Shown: piece by piece, positions 1 through 8,273 of the stretch | How the letters are laid out: each line of letters opens with the position of its first letter | Numbering within the stretch: the first letter of the stretch is position 1 | IMG/VR virus record: IMGVR_UViG_3300032224_001080 | Coordinates: 1 to 60,236 of that record | Source of the DNA: a virus | Lineage: Duplodnaviria; Caudoviricetes | Strand: one strand, 5' to 3' | Length of the DNA: 60,236 bases | Notes under the pieces: model-generated | Told to the model about the DNA's origin: nothing | What the model saw: only the letters and a program-made list of their open reading frames with translations | Databases searched by the model: none | Position numbers and translations under genes: made by a program

Positions 1-54
1 CAACAGAATATTTATGAAATAGAGACGAAAATAAATGATATGTTAAACGATTAA
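1..54 (+). CDS. 3' end of an upstream gene (partial); possibly the portal by synteny
   Basis: Frame 1 reads QQNIYEIETKINDMLND then TAA at 52-54, 2 nt before the next ATG. The identity is a synteny guess only. Confidence 0.35.
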   Translation, partial: QQNIYEIETKINDMLND

Positions 55-56
55 AA

Positions 57-803
57 ATGAATAAATTCGGAGTTATTAAAACCAAATTATTAAATAAATT
101 AACTGAATCTTACGCTAAAGAAAATAAGGCTGAGATTAAAAATATTTTATCAACAATTAAAGAAAACAAAGATTTTAAAGAAATGTATTTGTTTTATGAA
201 GAAATTGAAAGTAAAACTATTTCAGATAAAGAAACTGCAAAATTATATGTCGAAGGTTTAAGTACATATTTTGGTCAACCAATAGGAAATTGGAATAATT
301 TAAATATGTTTTGTGAATCTTTAAACAAAAGATTAGGTGATGAAGAAGTAACAACAAATGAACTATATAAGTCTTTAGATATATTATCTGAAAAAGATTC
401 ATTATCAAATATTGAAAAGAAAGTTATTGCTAAAAAGAAATTAGTTGAACATTTAACAACTAAAAAAGAAATTACAGAATCAAAAGAAACCACATTAGTC
501 CCTAATGAAACTTTATTAAATGCTGTGTTGGCTAATAATTTCAATGTTTTATATTCTAATACATTATCTGAATCGCAAAAAGAAGAGTTAAAAAATATTT
601 TATCGATTTCTTATGACGATTTAATTACTAAAAGTAATGAATTGGCTGAATCAGTTATTAAACAAGTATCTACACTTTTAAGTGAATCAAACGATACGGA
701 TTTATCCAATAAATTGAAAGCTGTAAAAGATGAGGTTACTCAAATGTACCCATCAAGATATAACTACTACAGATTAAACGAATTAAAAAATGGACTTAAC
801 TAA
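57..803 (+). CDS. hypothetical protein in the head module
   Basis: 248-aa helical, Lys/Glu-rich ORF upstream of the protease-scaffold-capsid genes; no recognisable motif. Confidence 0.7.
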   Translation: MNKFGVIKTKLLNKLTESYAKENKAEIKNILSTIKENKDFKEMYLFYEEIESKTISDKETAKLYVEGLSTYFGQPIGNWNNLNMFCESLNKRLGDEEVTTNELYKSLDILSEKDSLSNIEKKVIAKKKLVEHLTTKKEITESKETTLVPNETLLNAVLANNFNVLYSNTLSESQKEELKNILSISYDDLITKSNELAESVIKQVSTLLSESNDTDLSNKLKAVKDEVTQMYPSRYNYYRLNELKNGLN

Positions 804-987
804 GTCCATTTCTTTTTTGTTGTATATAAACCGCTTTTAATTTTTGAGTTCTTTTTTTAACTGAGGGTTTAACAAATACTTGTCTGTTTCTCAATTCTTG
901 AACTTGTTTAACTTTTTGAACTTTACTTTTATAAGTTCTAAGTGCAGTCTCAATACTTTTTTCTTTTGATAAGTCTACTATAATCAT
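796..987 (-). CDS. rpsU: phage-encoded 30S ribosomal protein bS21
   Basis: 63-aa basic protein with the bS21 pattern (SIETALRTYKSKV...ELRNRQVFVKPSVKKR...KAVY54IQ). It is colinear with Flavobacterium-type bS21 and sits beside the capsid genes, as in described bS21 phages. Confidence 0.9.
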   Translation of the reverse strand: MIIVDLSKEKSIETALRTYKSKVQKVKQVQELRNRQVFVKPSVKKRTQKLKAVYIQQKRNGLS

Positions 988-991
988 ATAT

Positions 992-999
992 TATAAATA
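992..999 (-). promoter_or_regulatory. putative late promoter box TATTTATA upstream of bS21
   Basis: The + strand reads tataaata at 992-999, which is TATTTATA on the coding strand, 4 nt before the ATG at 987. The same motif precedes most virion genes. Confidence 0.55.
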
Positions 1000-1004
1000 T
1001 AATA

Positions 1005-1036
1005 CAAATATATGAAATTATTTTTGGTAATCCCAA
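1005..1036 (-). promoter_or_regulatory. Bacteroidota housekeeping-type promoter (TTG...TAnnTTTG) upstream of bS21
   Basis: Minus-strand TATATTTG at 1012-1005 with TTG about 21 nt upstream (1036-1034). Confidence 0.45.
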
Positions 1037-1089
1037 GTATTTTATTTATTTTTTATAAACACCATAAGAAATAATAATATGAAATATTA

Positions 1090-1515
1090 ATGAAAACAGG
1101 TAAGTATATCCCATTAGGGACTTACAATGATGTAAAGATCGGTTATGGTACCGTAGATTTTAAAAATCTTAAAACCATTTATTTGAAACTAAATTCATGG
1201 GTACAACCTGAAAATGAGACTGATGATTTTGATCATATGATCCATAAGTCAAGACGAAAAGTAAAAGAAATAATTTATAATCTTAAAAATCCTTTTTTTA
1301 AACAACAATCTATTGTTGATTTAGATATTCGAACAAAAGGAATTAAATTAGAAAAGAGATCTTTTATGAACTTGGAAATCACTTTATATGTTGATAAACA
1401 GTTTGATGTTAAATCAAAAGAAATTAAAAATAACATTAAAGATATTTTAAGTTTTGTTATAGAAGACGGACTTTCTGATAAAAAACTATTCAATTTCTAC
1501 AAATCTAAAAAATAA
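1090..1515 (+). CDS. hypothetical protein
   Basis: 141-aa ORF divergent from bS21; no motif recognised. Confidence 0.7.
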   Translation: MKTGKYIPLGTYNDVKIGYGTVDFKNLKTIYLKLNSWVQPENETDDFDHMIHKSRRKVKEIIYNLKNPFFKQQSIVDLDIRTKGIKLEKRSFMNLEITLYVDKQFDVKSKEIKNNIKDILSFVIEDGLSDKKLFNFYKSKK

Positions 1516-1529
1516 TAGGGATATCGATG

Positions 1530-1537
1530 TATTTATA
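1530..1537 (+). promoter_or_regulatory. putative late promoter box TATTTATA
   Basis: Lies 16 nt before the protease ATG; recurrent motif. Confidence 0.6.
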
Positions 1538-1553
1538 GTAATAAAATCTATAA

Positions 1554-2237
1554 ATGAAGATATTAGGACCCAAAGAACTTGGAACAGGAATTTTAATAGA
1601 ATACGACGCAGGACACGTATCTCCAGAAGAGAATAAAAAAATTATACAGGAAATGAAGGGTGTGGACTTCTCTGAAGACCTAATTCTTTATGCTGTTTTA
1701 CAAAAATACGACACTCCAAATAAGAACGGAAGGATATATCCTGAAATGTTACTTAAGAGAGAAAACGAAAAATATCAATCACTAATTAAAAAGGGTGGAG
1801 CATTAAATGAATTAAATCACCCTTCATCTTCACTAATCGATTTAGATCGAGTATCACATTCAATTTTAGAAACTTGGTGGGACGGTAGAATCCTTATGGG
1901 TAAAATCAAATTATTCACTTCTCCAGGGTGGAAGAAAATGGGTATCGTTTCAACCAAAGGAGACCAAGCTGCAATGTTATTAATGAACGGAGCAACACTT
2001 GGTATCTCTTCACGTGGTGTAGGATCACTTAAACAAGTTAAAGGTGAAAACATTGTACAAGATGATTTCGAATTAGTTTGTTTTGATTTAGTATCATCAC
2101 CATCAACTCCAGGTGCTTACATTTTTAAAGACCCATCAGAAAGAGACCAATATCAAGAGGCGGAAATTAAAAAACCAACCCTTGATAGTAGAATGTCTAA
2201 ACTTATGGGCAATTTAGATACATTTCTATCTAAATAA
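1554..2237 (+). CDS. gp21: prohead core protease (T4 gp21-like)
   Basis: Motifs NKNGRIYP, ELNHP, GISSRGVGS and FDLVSSPSTPGA; directly upstream of scaffold and capsid genes. Confidence 0.92.
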   Translation: MKILGPKELGTGILIEYDAGHVSPEENKKIIQEMKGVDFSEDLILYAVLQKYDTPNKNGRIYPEMLLKRENEKYQSLIKKGGALNELNHPSSSLIDLDRVSHSILETWWDGRILMGKIKLFTSPGWKKMGIVSTKGDQAAMLLMNGATLGISSRGVGSLKQVKGENIVQDDFELVCFDLVSSPSTPGAYIFKDPSERDQYQEAEIKKPTLDSRMSKLMGNLDTFLSK

Positions 2238-2291
2238 TAAACTTTTTAGGGGCAGGAACATTAAAAAACACGATTTTTTAATAAATCGTAG

Positions 2292-2299
2292 TATTTATA
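2292..2299 (+). promoter_or_regulatory. putative late promoter box TATTTATA
   Basis: Lies 27 nt before the scaffold ATG. Confidence 0.6.
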
Positions 2300-2326
2300 A
2301 GGTAATAAAAACAATTAATTTTCACA

Positions 2327-3607
2327 ATGAGCGAAAAATCAATTTTAGAACAAGCGTTACTTCAAGTACAAAATCTTGAAGAAGCAGTAAAGCAAAATGC
2401 AAAAGGTATACTTGCTTCAACAATGAAGGAAGAACTTAAAGATTTGCTTAAAGAATCATTGGAAGAAGAGGAGAACGATGATGTTATGGAACAACCAGAA
2501 ACTGAAACTGATCCTGAAGGAGAGGAAGAAAAAGATGTAACAGCTGACGACGAAGAAACAGACGATGAGTCTGAAGATGACGTTGATACAGATGTTGATA
2601 CAGATACAGACCTCGATAATACAGATGACTCAACAGATGACGTTGATGCTGACGTAGATATGGATTTAGACGCAGAAACCGATATGGATACTGACGCTGA
2701 ATCTTTAGAAGACGAAGGTACTGACGACGAAGACGTTATGGATATGACAAATGCTTCAGATGATGAAGTACTAAAAGTATTCAAGGCTATGAAACCAGAA
2801 GATGGTATTGTAGTTAAAAAAGACGGTAACAATGTTGAATTTGGTGACGGTGAAGATGAATACATTATCAAATTAGATGGTGAAGATTCTGACATGAGTA
2901 CCGGAATGGACATGGGAGCTGACGTTGATTCTGATGTAGATTCTGACGTTGATATGGATGACATGGATACGGATACAGATGTGGACACAGATGTAGATAC
3001 AGATGTAGATGAAGATTGGAATGAAGAAGAAATGCCTTCTGAAAACAATGAAGAAACAATCTATGAAATCGAATTAGACGAAGAAGACGAGGTTGAAGAA
3101 CCTAAAAAAGTTGAAGCTACTGAAGCTGCACGTACAAAATCAAACCCTCATGGAAACAAGAACGGTATGAAAAGAGCTGGTTTACCAAGCAAAAAAATGT
3201 ATAAGGCAGGTTCATCTATCAACGAAGAAGTTGAAACATTGAAAAAACAAAACGCTGAATATAAAAAGGCATTAGTATTATTCAAGGATAAACTAAATGA
3301 AGTTGCGGTATTCAATGCAAACTTAGCTTACGCTACACGTTTGTTCACTGAACATTCAACTACAAAACAAGAGAAATTGAACATATTAAAGAGATTTGAT
3401 ACAGTTTCTACTATGAATGAAGCTAAGTCTTTATTCTCAACAATCAAAACTGAATTAGGTTCAAAAACTACGGTTACCGAATCAGTTGCGAAAAAAATCT
3501 CTAACACTCCATCAACATCTTCTTCTACAGAGGTATTATCTGAGTCAAAAGCTTATGAAAATCCTCAATTCAGTAGAATCAAAGAAATGATGAGAAAAAT
3601 AAAATAA
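2327..3607 (+). CDS. prohead scaffold/core protein (gp22-like)
   Basis: Sits between protease and MCP. It has a long Asp/Glu-rich disordered middle (DVDTDVDTD repeats), a coiled-coil C-terminal half and many (L/I/V)xE putative cleavage sites. Confidence 0.8.
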   Translation: MSEKSILEQALLQVQNLEEAVKQNAKGILASTMKEELKDLLKESLEEEENDDVMEQPETETDPEGEEEKDVTADDEETDDESEDDVDTDVDTDTDLDNTDDSTDDVDADVDMDLDAETDMDTDAESLEDEGTDDEDVMDMTNASDDEVLKVFKAMKPEDGIVVKKDGNNVEFGDGEDEYIIKLDGEDSDMSTGMDMGADVDSDVDSDVDMDDMDTDTDVDTDVDTDVDEDWNEEEMPSENNEETIYEIELDEEDEVEEPKKVEATEAARTKSNPHGNKNGMKRAGLPSKKMYKAGSSINEEVETLKKQNAEYKKALVLFKDKLNEVAVFNANLAYATRLFTEHSTTKQEKLNILKRFDTVSTMNEAKSLFSTIKTELGSKTTVTESVAKKISNTPSTSSSTEVLSESKAYENPQFSRIKEMMRKIK

Positions 3608-3631
3608 AACAAAAACAAAATACAATTCAAA

Positions 3632-5398
3632 ATGGGAGCATTATTAGAATCAGGTATGGTTGGTAACATCGGTTTAAAACACCTTAGAGTTATCAAGGAA
3701 GATACCATCAAAAAATGGGACGAATTAGGCTTTTTAGAAGGTCTTGACGGTCACCAAAAAGATAACATCGCACAATTATATGAAAACCAAGCGTCTTATT
3801 TAATCAACGAAGCGGCAGTAGCTGATGCGTCTGGTTCATTCGAGACAGTAGTTTTCCCTATCATTCGTCGTGTGTTCTCTAAATTATTAGCTAACGACAT
3901 CGTGTCTGTACAAGCTATGAACTTACCAATTGGTAAATTATTCTTCTTTATTCCTAAAATTCAGGAAAGAGATGCAGACGGTCACTATTCACCATATGTT
4001 GGTGTTAATGGTCAAGCAACAGATAACCACAGTGCTTCTGCGGGCTATCCAGCGGGTAAAAGAAGTTTATACGATCGTTTCTACGAAGCTAGTGATGATT
4101 TAGATCAAGGTCTTTTTGATTATTCAAAAGGTTCTTTTTCTGTTGAATCATTGGCAGTTGCAGGTTTTGCAACTTTCTCTAACGGTGCAGTTACTGTTAG
4201 TGGTAGTGCAATTGCAACTGGTACAACAAAATCAAATATTATCTTAGCTTTAACTGGTTTCACATCAGCAGGTGCGGGTAAATTGAAAGGACCAGACGGT
4301 AATGAAATGGATTCTGAAGAATTCTTAGCTTCATTACAAGTGTTCTCTACAGATGCTAACTTATTAGCTTTCTTAGGTGCAACTACAAGTACTTCTTTAC
4401 CAATCAATATCGTTACTCAAAAGTACGGTAAAGGTATGGTTGAATATGGTGCTAAAACAACTAACGCAACACAAAATTATTATGATATTTGTGATGCTGA
4501 TAATGTTATTTATGTTCAAGTAGATTTACAAAAATACAGTGCAACTGCAGGTTTTGTTGATTACGTTGTTACAGGTTCAACATTGGATGATCAAGAATTC
4601 AACGCATCTTACCGTAAGTATGATACTTTGGAATTTGAAGAGCAAATCGGTGAAGTATCTTTTGATTTAGAGTCAGTAACAGTTTCTGTAACTGAAAGAA
4701 AATTAAGAGCTAGCTGGTCTCCAGAATTAGCACAAGATGTTAGTGCATTCCACAACATCGATGCTGAAGCTGAATTAACAGCTTTATTATCAGAGCAAAT
4801 CGCTGCTGAGGTTGACCGTGAAATCTTACGTGACTTACGTAAAGGTGCAGCATGGAAAGCTAAATGGGATTACAATGGATGGAAATACGGTGGTTCTGGA
4901 AACTCAACTTTACAAGGTTACACTCAAAAAGATTGGAACCAAACATTGGTGACTAAGATCAACCAAATTTCTGCTCAAATCCACAAAACTACGTTAAGAG
5001 GTGGTGCTAACTGGATCGTTGTTTCTTCAGAAGTTTCTGCAGTATTCGATGACTTAGAGTATTTCCACGTTTCTAACGCAGAACCAGAACAAGATCAATA
5101 TAACATGGGTATCGAGAAAATTGGTACAGTAGGTGGACGTTACCAAGTGTATCGTGATCCTTACTTCCCAGCAAACAAGATCTTGATTGGTCATAAAGGT
5201 AAGTCTTTGTTAGATGCAGGTTATGTATACGCACCATATGTGCCATTACAATTAACTCCTACAATGTACAATCCATTCAACATGACTCCAATCAAAGGTA
5301 TCATGACACGTTACGCAAAGAAAATGGTAAACAACCGTTACTTTGGTATCATCGATGTTCAAGGTATCCAAGTGTTTGGTTTAGATACATTAAGATAA
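3632..5398 (+). CDS. gp23: major capsid protein (T4 gp23-like)
   Basis: Motifs LYENQ, PIIRRVF..LLANDIVSVQAM..P.G, RKLRASWSPELAQD..AFHNIDAEAEL, YAPYVPL and GIMTRYA. Confidence 0.97.
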   Translation: MGALLESGMVGNIGLKHLRVIKEDTIKKWDELGFLEGLDGHQKDNIAQLYENQASYLINEAAVADASGSFETVVFPIIRRVFSKLLANDIVSVQAMNLPIGKLFFFIPKIQERDADGHYSPYVGVNGQATDNHSASAGYPAGKRSLYDRFYEASDDLDQGLFDYSKGSFSVESLAVAGFATFSNGAVTVSGSAIATGTTKSNIILALTGFTSAGAGKLKGPDGNEMDSEEFLASLQVFSTDANLLAFLGATTSTSLPINIVTQKYGKGMVEYGAKTTNATQNYYDICDADNVIYVQVDLQKYSATAGFVDYVVTGSTLDDQEFNASYRKYDTLEFEEQIGEVSFDLESVTVSVTERKLRASWSPELAQDVSAFHNIDAEAELTALLSEQIAAEVDREILRDLRKGAAWKAKWDYNGWKYGGSGNSTLQGYTQKDWNQTLVTKINQISAQIHKTTLRGGANWIVVSSEVSAVFDDLEYFHVSNAEPEQDQYNMGIEKIGTVGGRYQVYRDPYFPANKILIGHKGKSLLDAGYVYAPYVPLQLTPTMYNPFNMTPIKGIMTRYAKKMVNNRYFGIIDVQGIQVFGLDTLR

Positions 5399-5414
5399 TC
5401 TTAATAGGAATATC

Positions 5415-5445
5415 AAAAAAACCCTCGAGAAATCGGGGGTTTTTT
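5415..5445 (+). terminator. Rho-independent terminator after the MCP gene
   Basis: aaaccctcga-GAAA-tcgggggttt hairpin followed by a T run; flanking A and T tracts suggest it could act in both directions. Confidence 0.85.
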
Positions 5446-5448
5446 ATT

Positions 5449-5480
5449 TTTGGTATATTCTAAATAAAGTTGTATATTTG
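5449..5480 (+). promoter_or_regulatory. Bacteroidota sigma70-type promoter (-33 TTTG / -7 TAnnTTTG)
   Basis: TTTG at 5449-5452, a 20-nt spacer, TATATTTG at 5473-5480, then ATG at 5485. Confidence 0.65.
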
Positions 5481-5484
5481 TGAT

Positions 5485-5781
5485 ATGGAATACGAAAACC
5501 TACGATTAGACGTTTTAATCAAACTCATAGACGAGAGGGGAATTACGTGTAAAAATAAGAAAGATGTAATGATTGAACACCTCAAAATGGACGATGAGGG
5601 TAAATATATACGTGAAACTACCTACGAAAAGTGGGAAGGTCGTTTATTAGTGGGTATAGACCTCAAAAACGGACCTCATTTAATACAGATGGGTAAGTTA
5701 GTGGAAAAGAAAGAGGCGTTTTCTAAGGGTCTCTATGCGTCAGATAGAATATATTATATCGCTAGTCAAAAATTAATGTAA
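5485..5781 (+). CDS. hypothetical protein
   Basis: The ORF track gives 5470 (TTG). ATG 5485 (MEYENLRL...) is preferred because 5470-5480 overlaps the promoter. Confidence 0.65.
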   Translation: MEYENLRLDVLIKLIDERGITCKNKKDVMIEHLKMDDEGKYIRETTYEKWEGRLLVGIDLKNGPHLIQMGKLVEKKEAFSKGLYASDRIYYIASQKLM

Positions 5782-6534
5782 TTACCAAGTTCTACAAGCC
5801 CAATAACGAGGTTTCCAACGAGGACCAGGGTTATCACAATTCATACGTGCTCTGAATGATTTGCGTCTTGCAGGGTTATTTTTCTTAATAACCATTCTTT
5901 TACCTTTAGCGGATTTACCACCAAAACCAAAGTTTACTTTAACGACTTTACCTTTATCATTCTTAACATATACTTTAGATTTCTTTACATCCCCTTGCAT
6001 GATTTTACCCAATTGAACTTTACGTCCTTGGTATTCAGCTTCGTTTAAAAGACCTAAATCATATTCATATTTAGTATTTTGTATTGAACCAAATTCATCC
6101 TCGTATATTAATACAGGAGTTTGTTCGTTATATTCGAAAAGTCTTTCGAATTGTTCTTCACTTATTTGTATAATTGTTCTTTTTTCCATATTTTCATTAT
6201 AATGTGTCATTGTTGGTTTATTTCCTTTACCTAATTTTGGATGTTTTTTTTCTGCTCTTCTTTTTTGAGAAGTCATCGCTTTCTTTTCTTTTTTATCATA
6301 TGAAGAAGCGACTTTTGGTGTTTCTTTAGATACTTTTTTTGAGGGTCTACATTTTGGGTATGATTTTCCATCAGCATCTTTTCTACCACATGGAGGATGT
6401 TTACCATTTACCTTCTTACTAACATCTACCCATTTTTCTTTAAACCATCTTCTAAGATCTTCCTTTAAAACTTCACCTGATTTAATGGATTCTTCTATAT
6501 ATTCTTTATCTTCCTTTGAAACAATAATTTTCAT
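5782..6534 (-). CDS. basic modular hypothetical protein, probable head-associated protein
   Basis: Two Lys/Arg-rich modules (LRRWFKEKWVDV...PKCRP and AEYQGRKVQLGK...YWACRTW), each preceded by an LxE site; in the operon downstream of the TATTTATA box at 8263-8270. Confidence 0.7.
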   Translation of the reverse strand: MKIIVSKEDKEYIEESIKSGEVLKEDLRRWFKEKWVDVSKKVNGKHPPCGRKDADGKSYPKCRPSKKVSKETPKVASSYDKKEKKAMTSQKRRAEKKHPKLGKGNKPTMTHYNENMEKRTIIQISEEQFERLFEYNEQTPVLIYEDEFGSIQNTKYEYDLGLLNEAEYQGRKVQLGKIMQGDVKKSKVYVKNDKGKVVKVNFGFGGKSAKGKRMVIKKNNPARRKSFRARMNCDNPGPRWKPRYWACRTW

Positions 6535-6535
6535 A

Positions 6536-6814
6536 TTATTTAATTTTATTTACCTCATTAACAAATTTATGACACTTATCAGATACCTTACCTTTATTGT
6601 GGTCTGTTATAGATAATTTTACATTATCGTAATGAACCGTCATATCAGGGTGATGATTTTGTTTATTAGCTATTTTCATAACATCATCCACAAATAACAT
6701 AACCTCTTTATAATCTTTAAAATAAAATGTTTTAATTAATTTACCGTTTGTTTCCACCCAATCATTACTATTCATAATTTTATTTTTTTGGTCTTCGGTT
6801 ATTATTATTTTCAT
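6536..6814 (-). CDS. pterin-4-alpha-carbinolamine dehydratase (PCD/PhhB family)
   Basis: W...KTFYFKDY...ANKQNHHPD....Y..V...ITDH..GKVSDK pattern with the HHP signature. Confidence 0.85.
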   Translation of the reverse strand: MKIIITEDQKNKIMNSNDWVETNGKLIKTFYFKDYKEVMLFVDDVMKIANKQNHHPDMTVHYDNVKLSITDHNKGKVSDKCHKFVNEVNKIK

Positions 6815-6815
6815 A

Positions 6816-7577
6816 TTATAATTTAGTATCTTTTATAAATTTTTTGTGAGAATCTTTATATGATTTTTGTGTTTCATCATATACATCTTTGGTGTATTGC
6901 CAATTCCAATATAAGTCATTGTTTGTTTTAAAACCGTAAAATTCGTGAATTTTCTTTTGTAAATCATTTACATTAGAACCATTAAAGTTTTGACCTGTAC
7001 ATATGAAACCTGTCTCTATATCTTTAACAAGATTTGATTCTCCTAATGTCTCGTGTCTATTCTCAATCCAAGTTAATCTCTCAATTAGGTTTTGGTAAAA
7101 CATATTTGTTTGTCCCCATCTAATTGAACTGAAAAATACAACTGCATCAGATTCAAATAATTCTTTACTTATTTTCCAAAGTTCGTCCTTTGGGTTATTG
7201 ATACTAGCCCAACATCTATGGTGACCACTTGGGTTTTTATCATTATCTTTTAATTTAGCCTTTAAGACTCCACAACCATTACCGTCTTTTCTTGATACGT
7301 TACCCTCACAAGGAACTATATTTAGTTCAGAAACATCTAATAACGTTGATTTATCACCTAATTCTTGGTTAAGGTATATTGCAATCATTTTAGACTTTGG
7401 TATATCAATATCATTTTTGTCCCAATTATGTCTATTAGAACAACTTAATAGTAAAACTTTTTTCTTCTTTTTAAGAACAGCCAATGTTTTTTTTAAAGAT
7501 TTCCAAGCATCAGATTGTACCATCTCCTCAGAAATCATCATTTGTTTAATTCTTTGTATGTTCTCTTGTAAGTTCAT
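6816..7577 (-). CDS. flavodoxin-fold NAD(P)H-dependent FMN reductase / iron-sulfur-flavoprotein-like protein
   Basis: VLLLSCSNR, LNIVPCEG...C...CW, D.....ELFESDAVVFFSSIRWG...LIERL, typical of the FMN_red/WrbA-like family. Confidence 0.75.
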   Translation of the reverse strand: MNLQENIQRIKQMMISEEMVQSDAWKSLKKTLAVLKKKKKVLLLSCSNRHNWDKNDIDIPKSKMIAIYLNQELGDKSTLLDVSELNIVPCEGNVSRKDGNGCGVLKAKLKDNDKNPSGHHRCWASINNPKDELWKISKELFESDAVVFFSSIRWGQTNMFYQNLIERLTWIENRHETLGESNLVKDIETGFICTGQNFNGSNVNDLQKKIHEFYGFKTNNDLYWNWQYTKDVYDETQKSYKDSHKKFIKDTKL

Positions 7578-8258
7578 CTATTTACATTTTCTCCAACCAC
7601 CACCTTTTGCTTTATAATCTTTTGCCGCGAAGCCATTTGCATAAGCTGAGGGGTAGACGTCAAATTTAGCTTTAGCTTTGGCTTTAGACGCCGCCCATTT
7701 TGCAGGATCTGTTGGACAGTTCTTACTTTCATCTATTTTCATAGCTTCATACATTTCCTTTTCTGACTCATTTTTAGGTTTCTTACCGGCTTTTTTCATA
7801 GCAATTGCAATGGCAGCTTGTTGTGGAAGATTTTTTGCTTCATTTACAGGTACACAGTTTGGTACTTTTTTACCATTTTTCATTTTACTACCAACTCGTT
7901 TATAACCTTCCCAACAACCTTCATCAAGTTGACCTTCCTCATTTAAACTGAATTGATCCATGTCCACAGAAACTGCTTGTTGGTCATTTTCATGTCCTTT
8001 AGTTTCATTCATCATAAAATCAAATACTTGATCTACGTTTTCTTTCGCGGATGAAATGTGATCGTCAGCCCAATCGTGGCCTTGTTCCAATAATTGATTT
8101 ACAACGTTTTTATCCAAATTCAACAACAATTCACATTGTCTTTTAATTTGTTCTAAATTACTGAAAAACATGTAGTTTCCACCATGTTCGGTGTTTTCCT
8201 TTATAATCTTAGCGATATATTTTCTAAGATCGTTTTCTTTTAGTTTAATTACTTTCAT
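7578..8258 (-). CDS. modular hypothetical protein, probable head-associated protein
   Basis: A chain of short modules (HDWADDHIS; CWEGYKRVG.K.KNGKKVPNCVP; QQAAIAIAMKKAGKKPK; KFDVYPSAYANG...KGGGW) separated by xxE sites; TATTTATA 4 nt upstream. Confidence 0.7.
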   Translation of the reverse strand: MKVIKLKENDLRKYIAKIIKENTEHGGNYMFFSNLEQIKRQCELLLNLDKNVVNQLLEQGHDWADDHISSAKENVDQVFDFMMNETKGHENDQQAVSVDMDQFSLNEEGQLDEGCWEGYKRVGSKMKNGKKVPNCVPVNEAKNLPQQAAIAIAMKKAGKKPKNESEKEMYEAMKIDESKNCPTDPAKWAASKAKAKAKFDVYPSAYANGFAAKDYKAKGGGWRKCK

Positions 8259-8273
8259 AATATATAAATAGTT

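Noticed and set aside
2362-3048. 228-aa Ser-rich antisense ORF
   Set aside because: Shadow of the Asp/Glu-rich scaffold repeat on the opposite strand; no independent signals.
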